Below are positions 19,521-26,610 of a stretch of DNA of 58,459 bases, one piece after another; position 1 is the first letter of the stretch; each line of letters begins with the position of its first letter. The DNA lies in the IMG/VR virus record IMGVR_UViG_3300030012_001987, positions 1-58,459 of that record, one strand, 5' to 3'. The stretch comes from a virus. Taxonomy: Duplodnaviria; Caudoviricetes. The notes under the pieces are model-generated. The model saw only the letters and a list, made by a program, of their open reading frames with translations, was not told the origin of the DNA and ran no database searches. Both the position numbers and the translations under genes were made by a program.

Positions 19521-19808
19521 TCACTCTTCGATAACTTGACTAGAGATAAATCGCTCTAGATTCTTCTTATTTTCCTTAATTCCATCTAGAATTACTTTTC
19601 TAGTCTCCTCACTCATGTCAGCGACGATTTTTCTCGCATTTTCCTCGGAAATACCCATAGAAACCATCCTTTTGACCTCCGATTCGACAAATTCGTAGTG
19701 TTCATCCAACATTTCGTCCAATTTTGCCTTATTTCTCATCGCAATATCATACAGAGTCTCGTTCAACTTGTTTTTTCGCACACTATCGAACCATTCCATG
19801 TCGTTCAC
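19521..19808 (-). CDS. Hypothetical protein (WFDSVRK motif)
   Basis: 95-aa ORF, first gene of the late minus-strand block. Confidence 0.65.
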   Translation of the reverse strand: MNDMEWFDSVRKNKLNETLYDIAMRNKAKLDEMLDEHYEFVESEVKRMVSMGISEENARKIVADMSEETRKVILDGIKENKKNLERFISSQVIEE

Positions 19809-20273
19809 CGTTCGGACTACGATGACACCTATTAATCGAACGAACTTCTACCTTTTGCACACTGGATAAAAGCATTATACCATTGTTTTTCAGAAATTGT
19901 CACGGAATTTTTTTAGCACTTGCGCGATTTTATTTTTTTTGTTTATTCTATTTCCAGAATAAGCATTGTGTTGTTTTTAATTTCTTCTTGTTTAACTGCT
20001 TGATTCTTTTTTTCTGTAGTTTTTTACTTGTAAGTAAAAATTTGTATGTTTCTATTTGTATCAAAGGCTTTTTTTCAAGGATTTTATTCATTCTTGATTA
20101 AATTCAGCATTTAAAATGCACAACAGAAAACAAATAGAAAAAAAAATTTGAAAAGCAAAGCCATATGGTTGTGACTTTGTTCCAACCCTATTGAATCAGG
20201 TCAAAAGACCGTCATCGTTAGCAGATGAACAGTGAAGCATATCACAAACACCATTATCATATTCCTTTTCATT

Positions 20274-20447
20274 TTATATGCCCTCGTATCTGTCCTTTTC
20301 TGCTTGTAGTGCTGATTTGAACCTATCACGCTTGAAGTTCGGGTTTGTCTCTGACAGTCTGACTATCATCCACTCTTCTTGAACCTCATCAAGGTTGAGT
20401 TCTGCCATCAGGCCAACTAACCAATTGAAATGCCTTCTCTGAAACAT
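20274..20447 (-). CDS. Small hypothetical early protein (MFQRRHF...NPNFKRDRF)
   Basis: ATG 20447 overlaps the upstream stop (TGATG). Confidence 0.6.
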   Translation of the reverse strand: MFQRRHFNWLVGLMAELNLDEVQEEWMIVRLSETNPNFKRDRFKSALQAEKDRYEGI

Positions 20448-20620
20448 CAGTTGCCCTCCTTCTCGTACTGTTGGGAGGGGTCTTCGTGTCCACACTTGAA
20501 AAGACAGTGTTCACCGTCAAACCCACAGTCCTCACAGTAAGCATCCTCAATTAAGCCAAGGTAAGCCCCGGTTATTTCCAAGGATACCCCACAACATTCG
20601 CATTCCATATCGTAATACAT
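20447..20620 (-). CDS. 57-aa zinc-finger protein
   Basis: Manual translation MYYDMECECCG...CEDCG...; ATG 23 nt downstream of the TATA-like box of palindrome copy 2. Confidence 0.6.
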   Translation of the reverse strand: MYYDMECECCGVSLEITGAYLGLIEDAYCEDCGFDGEHCLFKCGHEDPSQQYEKEGN

Positions 20621-20711
20621 CAACTAGGCGTATTCTCAATATCTTATAGGGTGCGTTTACAAAGTCTACTTACCATATGGTAGTAGGACTTTGGCTAACT
20701 ACCTTGTATTT

Positions 20712-21443
20712 CTTAGGAACGTCTGGAAACAGTGGAAGCAATTTCATGTTTCGACGTTGGAGGGACTGGCATTACTGCGTGGAGTGTTCAACTAGTATTC
20801 TCCGCGACTTACACCACAGTTATCGCATTGCGAGTAAGCAATCTTGTCGGGCCTTACCCCGTTTGGCTTCTTGTTTCCTTCAGTTCCTATAGGAATGTGC
20901 TGATGTCTTGATAAGGGGTCTTCTCATACTTCATAGCGGGAGTTTGCGCGAACTCAAACTACTACTCTATGTACATCGACTTACCCTTATCTGATGCCTA
21001 AGCGAAAGGACATCACTTTCGCGTCTTTGTCTCTAACCCTCTCCATGGGTATCAACAGCCAACTTCTCTCTGTCAAGTTTCAGAAGGCCGACATTCGGAA
21101 TTAAAGGAGTGTAAAGGGAACGTCAGGAGTAGAGGACATCATCTCGGAGGTGTTGGGAAGGGAGTTCACTCAAGACCTCAACCTTCGACCAAGCGCACCT
21201 CTAGTGTCTTAGCATCCATCAGTTCCGTGTGGAATGTGATTGGTGGTAGCCGGGGCTAATGTATACCCGGAAGTTTCCTGTCCTCCTACATAATTGCAGA
21301 ATTACCGAAACCGCCAATATTAGACTCGTTAGTGTCCTTTCAACGACTCCTATCTCTAGGTGTGATTGCCCCACGACAGGGAATATTGCACGTTACCCCG
21401 GAGGAGGGGCATTCCGTCACTACCGTACTAGTCCGTCAACTAG
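20712..21443 (-). ncRNA. Candidate large structured non-coding RNA (about 730 nt)
   Basis: No credible ORF; lies downstream of promoter-like copy 3; several hairpins. Confidence 0.45.
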
Positions 21444-21531
21444 CAATAAGGGCATGTGTAATTGTCTTATGAGGTGCGCATACAAAGTTTGCTTACCATA
21501 TGGTTGTGCTTTGCAGAACCCCTATTGGAAC

Positions 21532-21618
21532 CAAGCCCCGAATGATATTCAGTGCGCCCCTCCTTGAATCCCATGGGTAAGGGATGGGGGGCGGCGAATC
21601 ACCTATCACCGGGGCTTG
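21532..21618. other. GC-rich long hairpin (small RNA or terminator)
   Basis: CAAGCCCCG/CGGGGCTTG outer stem with inner GCCCC/GGGGC and ATCCC/GGGAT stems. Confidence 0.5.
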
Positions 21619-21621
21619 AGT

Positions 21622-21795
21622 TCACTCTTCGGCGTAGCCGTCAAACCATTGACCACGCCTCTTCAGGTCTGAACAAGTGCTACCGGATGTCTCCGGGTCT
21701 CTGCAATGCTCTTGAGCCTCTTCAAGAGTAAGTCCCCTCTTGATAACTCTGTCATTTCCTTCAAACCTGAATCTTATTATTTTGTATGTCGTCAT
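21622..21795 (-). CDS. Small hypothetical early protein (GLTLEEAQEHC...WFDGY)
   Basis: ATG 21795, 24 nt from the TATA-like box of copy 4 (leaderless). Confidence 0.65.
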   Translation of the reverse strand: MTTYKIIRFRFEGNDRVIKRGLTLEEAQEHCRDPETSGSTCSDLKRRGQWFDGYAEE

Positions 21796-21896
21796 GCTAG
21801 GGTCTTGAATCACCATCTCTTAAGGTAGCGTCTACAAAGTTGCACTACCATATGGTGGGAACGCTTTGAGGGACCACCTTGAGAAGTGGAAGGATT

Positions 21897-22292
21897 TTAC
21901 TCCTCCTCACGACTCTTTGCGTGTTTCCTCTCAAAATCTCTCATTTTTCCCTCTTGCAATCGAACCAACCAGTTCTTGAACTCGGTGTTGAACTTCCGGA
22001 CATCCCAGTTCGGAGTATTGCAAGACCAATCGGCCTCAGCCAATCTCTCACAGAACTCAAGCGTCATAATATCGTAGAACTCACCCATGTCGAATATCTC
22101 GTTGGCTAGGTTGACCATGAGCATTCTTCGCCTGAACTCAGCAGGGGTCATTTTGGTTCCGTATCTGTCCCCTATGTGACCAACACCCGCTTGAGTCGCC
22201 AACATGCCAAAGCCGAAGCCGTTGACTAGTGAAATCTCTCGACTAGTGAAGCCCTTGTCAGGCCCATTCTCAATTCCAACTATTAGAGGCAT
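21897..22292 (-). CDS. Hypothetical early protein
   Basis: 131-aa ORF, TAATG-coupled. Confidence 0.65.
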   Translation of the reverse strand: MPLIVGIENGPDKGFTSREISLVNGFGFGMLATQAGVGHIGDRYGTKMTPAEFRRRMLMVNLANEIFDMGEFYDIMTLEFCERLAEADWSCNTPNWDVRKFNTEFKNWLVRLQEGKMRDFERKHAKSREEE

Positions 22293-22474
22293 TAAAGGTT
22301 CATCTCCCTGAATGCGACTAGAGCGGCTTTCAACTCTGCGAGTGATTCCGCTAGGTCATCACCACGAACTCTTAGGCTCTTGATGATAATCACGTGGTCT
22401 GAACCAGACTTAGAATGCCCAACTTCCAGTTCGTACTTGTATGGCTTTATCATTTCCTTTGCTTCTGTTATCAT
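22292..22474 (-). CDS. Hypothetical early protein
   Basis: 60-aa ORF, ATGA-coupled. Confidence 0.6.
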   Translation of the reverse strand: MITEAKEMIKPYKYELEVGHSKSGSDHVIIIKSLRVRGDDLAESLAELKAALVAFREMNL

Positions 22475-22707
22475 TCTTCTTCATCTCCTGTTAATAGCAT
22501 ATCTTTCTTGTATTCTGCTAGTGTAACCCACTCGGTCTTAACGACTAACGACAATCGCCTCATGCTTCCATAGACTTGTTCAGCAAATTCACCGAGGCTT
22601 TCCCAGTATTCGACTAGTTCTCGTTCACTGTCGAAATAGACAGTTGTTGTTCTCTCAATCATCCCACCGGGTTTGATGTAGTTCTCATATTCAATTTCTG
22701 TTCTCAT
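22471..22707 (-). CDS. Hypothetical early protein
   Basis: ATG 22707, about 21 nt from the left TATA-like box of copy 5. Confidence 0.6.
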   Translation of the reverse strand: MRTEIEYENYIKPGGMIERTTTVYFDSERELVEYWESLGEFAEQVYGSMRRLSLVVKTEWVTLAEYKKDMLLTGDEEE

Positions 22708-22856
22708 GCCCAACAGATTTTTTCAGCCTTATGAGGGTATGCCGACAAAGTGTCTTACCATATGGTAGTACAACTTTGTAAGTGCTACCTCATAAGACTT
22801 AGTTCAGGTTCTTGGATGTCGGGAAAGACACAAACTAACTAAGGAGAGAAAGAAAT

Positions 22857-23318
22857 ATGGCACAAATGGAAAATTGGAATGAATTTAAGGACACCGTGAA
22901 CAGTTTCCTAAAGGGTGGTTCAGTCGATGAGATGACTGCTTCCACCGTTGGGGTACTCATCGGTAAGGGAGACAACAACGTAACGACACAGACGAAGGTA
23001 ACCTCGGCAATCAAGACCATGCTAGAGGACTTCGATGGCGCACCAGTGGGTAGGGCATCCGCTCTATCTGGTGAGGCATTGACTACCTTCACTCAGGCAA
23101 GCGAGGCAATCAGGGCGGTTTCAACCGTCTTCGATTCTCACCCTGCACTACAGGGACTCGTTCTACCAAACGGGAGGAGCAAGATATCGCACTTCCCTGA
23201 TGGTGATGCATGGGCAGACTTCTTGATTGGAGTCATGCGCAGACACGCAATCTCAGCAAGCAAGGCTGGCTGGGATGGCTCTGCCGACAGCCTAGTGGCT
23301 TTTCAGGAGGCTAACTAA
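22857..23318 (+). CDS. Hypothetical protein, paralog of 25887..26399
   Basis: 153 aa, AAGGAG SD; downstream of the right arm of copy 5. Confidence 0.75.
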   Translation: MAQMENWNEFKDTVNSFLKGGSVDEMTASTVGVLIGKGDNNVTTQTKVTSAIKTMLEDFDGAPVGRASALSGEALTTFTQASEAIRAVSTVFDSHPALQGLVLPNGRSKISHFPDGDAWADFLIGVMRRHAISASKAGWDGSADSLVAFQEAN

Positions 23319-23539
23319 GTCGGTGATGTTGTCTTCCCGGCACTCATCAGGGTGAATGCCAAAGTCTCCCACCATATGGTATCAACTTTTAATCTCAGAA
23401 ATAAACTTGGAAAATGGTACATTCATCCGCGGGGCGCGTTTAAAAGGGTTTTAGCCAAACCCCTACTGAGAATCCTGACTCGCTTCTTTCTGCGAGTTAT
23501 TCCTAATGTATACTTAACCCACTCTACTCTTTAGTTAAA

Positions 23540-23922
<383 letters not shown>

Positions 23923-24375
23923 ATGGCATGGAAAAAGAAAACTGAAAGTGAAAGTGAAAATGAAATAGAAGAGATGGTTGAAAATTTCAGAGAGGAGTAT
24001 AAGCCAACTCTAGGACCGAAGGCAGAGGTGACAACCCAGCCCTTCAATGGTATGCAACACATGCAACCAGTAAAGAAGGAAGTGAAGAAAATGACAAGAA
24101 CAAGTCAGACAAGAATAGAACAAGTAATCGAAGAAATAAAGATGATGCTCTTGGAGAAGAACGAGCAGTATGGGGATTCGGCATTGAGTCCGAACCGCAT
24201 ATTCTCCAAGGCATCCACGAATGAACAAATCAAAGTCAGAATTGACGACAAGTTGAATCGCCTAATGCTAGGCAATGATTCAATAGAAAGCGATGAGGAT
24301 GTTATCAGGGATTTGATAGGATATCTCATATTACTCCTAGTGTCGTATGACCTGCAAAGGACAGGCGACGCTTGA
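23923..24375 (+). CDS. DUF1599 / nucleotide-modification-associated domain 1-like protein
   Basis: KNEQYGDS...RIDDKLNRL...DLIGY pattern in the C-terminal half. Confidence 0.7.
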   Translation: MAWKKKTESESENEIEEMVENFREEYKPTLGPKAEVTTQPFNGMQHMQPVKKEVKKMTRTSQTRIEQVIEEIKMMLLEKNEQYGDSALSPNRIFSKASTNEQIKVRIDDKLNRLMLGNDSIESDEDVIRDLIGYLILLLVSYDLQRTGDA

Positions 24376-24880
24376 AGTGAAACCCAAGGGGACTGGTAAT
24401 CTCCTTGGATTAAAACAGAGTTTGCAAAGTAAAAAGTAGAAAGAGACAGGGTTTGCTAATTAGAGGTTGATTTCCCACGTAGCAGGGAGACAATTACAAC
24501 GGGATGCTTCGACTTGATATCATCGAGTAAGTCGTAAAGAATCAACCATCACATACAGGTTATGTTATAGCAGTAATACGTGTAGGCAAGTAAATCACGT
24601 TTGGATATTGAGATGTGGATACCATTTCATGCGTGGCGGGAGTCATGTATGAAACCACTATTTCCCCCTCCCGATGACATCGGCATAGGACGAATACTTC
24701 TCTGTAACAATTAGACTCCAACTGTCAGAGCGGAATGTTTACATTTCACATCTGACGGTAGAGAAACGGGGTTTGTTGCGAATAAAAAGGACAATTTTCT
24801 GTTTGACGTATCTTGGTTTAAGCCATCGGTTCCGAGCAACAAGGGGGTGGTTCCCCTGTCCTTCCCCACAACAAAAACAA
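24376..24880 (+). ncRNA. Candidate structured non-coding RNA (about 500 nt)
   Basis: ORF-free on +; several stems including a 13-bp stem with 3 G-U pairs closed by a GGGA (GNRA) loop. Confidence 0.5.
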
Positions 24881-24887
24881 TAGGTGA

Positions 24888-25391
24888 ATGAAAATGAATA
24901 TATTTGTATTAAGCGAATGCCCAACAGAGAGTGCAGAGATGATGGTGGATAAACACGTAGTTAAGATGCCGACTGAGAGTATGCAGATGATGTGTACCAT
25001 AGCGAATCTACATGACTACCAGACTCCATTTGCTCCGGTGATGCTGAATCACCCTTGCACCATTTGGGCGAGACAATCAAGACAGAACTTCAATTGGTTG
25101 CGAGAGCATACCCTTGCTCTTTGCAAGGAGTACACTCGCAGGTATGGTAAGCGACACAAGGTAGAGTGGTGTCTCAAAGAGTATGATGCCACGTGGATTA
25201 CCTTGGAGTCTGAACTACCAGACATCGGATTGACACCCTTCGCGGTTGCGATATCCGACCACATGAATTGTAGACAACTCGACGGCTTTGAGGATATGTC
25301 GGTTGTCGATAAGTATCGTGCGTACTATATGCACGACAAGAATCACTTCGCATCTTGGAAGACCAAGAAGCCAAGTTGGTTCACAGCGTAA
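24888..25391 (+). CDS. Pyrimidine-dimer DNA glycosylase (DenV/endonuclease V-like)
   Basis: MNIFVL...DKHVVKM..ES.QM, NHPCTIW, LCKEYTRRYGKRH. Confidence 0.8.
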   Translation: MKMNIFVLSECPTESAEMMVDKHVVKMPTESMQMMCTIANLHDYQTPFAPVMLNHPCTIWARQSRQNFNWLREHTLALCKEYTRRYGKRHKVEWCLKEYDATWITLESELPDIGLTPFAVAISDHMNCRQLDGFEDMSVVDKYRAYYMHDKNHFASWKTKKPSWFTA

Positions 25392-25530
25392 GACTCGCAA
25401 GAGCAGGGTTTGCCAAGTAAAAACGGGAAAGGTTTCTATCATTGGAATAGTGTTCAATTTTCTTTCTCTCTTCTGTAGCATGAACCCGTTTCCCCTGCTC
25501 GATGGGGTCACCAGTGACCTCACCTACGTT
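25392..25530 (+). ncRNA. Short structured intergenic RNA element
   Basis: Nested GAGCAGGG/CCCTGCTC and AAACGGG/CCCGTTT stems, then a GGGGTCA/TGACCTC hairpin. Confidence 0.4.
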
Positions 25531-25587
25531 TCCGATAACTTCTGTTACACTGGAAAATAAAACAAATGAAATCTAGAGAGATAAAAG

Positions 25588-25884
25588 GTGAATAAAATGA
25601 ATGGAATGATAGTTAAAACAATAGCAAGTGGAATAACATCCACATTACTGACATCAATGGTTGCAACATGGTATCTCATCCAAGAGTTTCTTGGTGAGAG
25701 CATGGCAATGCAGTTGATGATACCTGCATATGCATGGTCGTTGCTCACATTATGGGGTGACGAGATAAAGGATGTAATGAGAGGTAACAAGACAGTCGAG
25801 GAAGTTGTGGAGGATAACGTAGAGTTGGAACACTCTTGGGAATTCATCACAAGACAACTACCAAGATATAACAAGGAGGAATAA
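25588..25884 (+). CDS. Small membrane protein
   Basis: Two hydrophobic segments; AGGTGA SD. Confidence 0.6.
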   Translation: MNKMNGMIVKTIASGITSTLLTSMVATWYLIQEFLGESMAMQLMIPAYAWSLLTLWGDEIKDVMRGNKTVEEVVEDNVELEHSWEFITRQLPRYNKEE

Positions 25885-25886
25885 GA

Positions 25887-26399
25887 ATGGCAGAAATGAC
25901 AGATGAAAGATGGAATGCAATAAAAACGAAAATAGAACTGTGGTTCAACAACCATCAGGATTGGGAGTCAGAGCATATCGAACTGATATCGGTTCCCAAC
26001 CTAGTCTCAGCAGGTGACAACAAGCCCGCGAAGAGAGTCGCGCTTTACAGCGCAATCAGGACTTGCTTCTCGGATATCGCTGACAAGCCCTTTACGACAG
26101 GGAAGAAGAGTGCGATGCCTGATGAGATTCAATCGTTCAGGGATGGACAGTTGGAGTTGTTGAAGAAGGCACTGATGGAAGCGTGGGACAACTCCCCGCA
26201 GATGCAACAGTTGCTTGTCAGGAACAAGAGAAGCGGTGGTGGGTTCTTCACTTCCGCAGAGGACTACGCTCAGTCAGTAGTGGACTCAACGAGACTGCGA
26301 ATGAACACGGCGTACAATGCTTACCTGAGAAGCGACGACAAGGCCGATTATGTATGGAACGGCAAGGACAACATGGATTGTCAGATAAACAAGGAATGA
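25887..26399 (+). CDS. Hypothetical protein, paralog of 22857..23318
   Basis: 170 aa, GGAGG SD. Confidence 0.75.
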   Translation: MAEMTDERWNAIKTKIELWFNNHQDWESEHIELISVPNLVSAGDNKPAKRVALYSAIRTCFSDIADKPFTTGKKSAMPDEIQSFRDGQLELLKKALMEAWDNSPQMQQLLVRNKRSGGGFFTSAEDYAQSVVDSTRLRMNTAYNAYLRSDDKADYVWNGKDNMDCQINKE

Positions 26400-26403
26400 G
26401 AAT

Positions 26404-26610
26404 ATGAATGAAGAAGAGAAACTATGGAAAGAAGAGGGAATAGTGTTAGTAGGAAGCACGATGCGTAACGCACCTGTGTTCCTCAACAGAAAGCAGTTGA
26501 ACAAATTCAGTCGTGAGGACTTGAAGAGGTATCTTCTGGATGCACTGGATGAACTGGTCATTCTCCGTTACAGGAGAGGATTCAGTTGGATGGATGAGGT
26601 GATTGAGTAA
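26404..26610 (+). CDS. Hypothetical protein
   Basis: 68-aa ORF in the operon. Confidence 0.55.
   Translation: MNEEEKLWKEEGIVLVGSTMRNAPVFLNRKQLNKFSREDLKRYLLDALDELVILRYRRGFSWMDEVIE

Larger units (their letters stand above)
20155..23390. promoter_or_regulatory. Six dispersed palindromic elements CAAAG-N(6-7)-ACCATATGGT-N(4-7)-CTTTG
   Basis: Cores at 20160 (GCCATATGGT, shortened left arm), 20672, 21495, 21847, 22757 and 23371; four have a TATA-like CTTAT/CTTAA box on the outside. Confidence 0.75.

Noticed and set aside
21250-21290. RNase P-like AGGAAACTTCCGGG on the minus strand of the large RNA candidate
   Set aside because: The CCGGG pairs locally and I found no convincing distal P4 partner
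21259-21567. 102-aa plus-strand ORF
   Set aside because: No SD or recognisable motif; crosses palindrome copy 3 and runs into the GC hairpin
20155-23390. CRISPR array interpretation of the ACCATATGGT repeats
   Set aside because: Copies are degenerate and 350-910 nt apart with genes in between; no cas1/cas2
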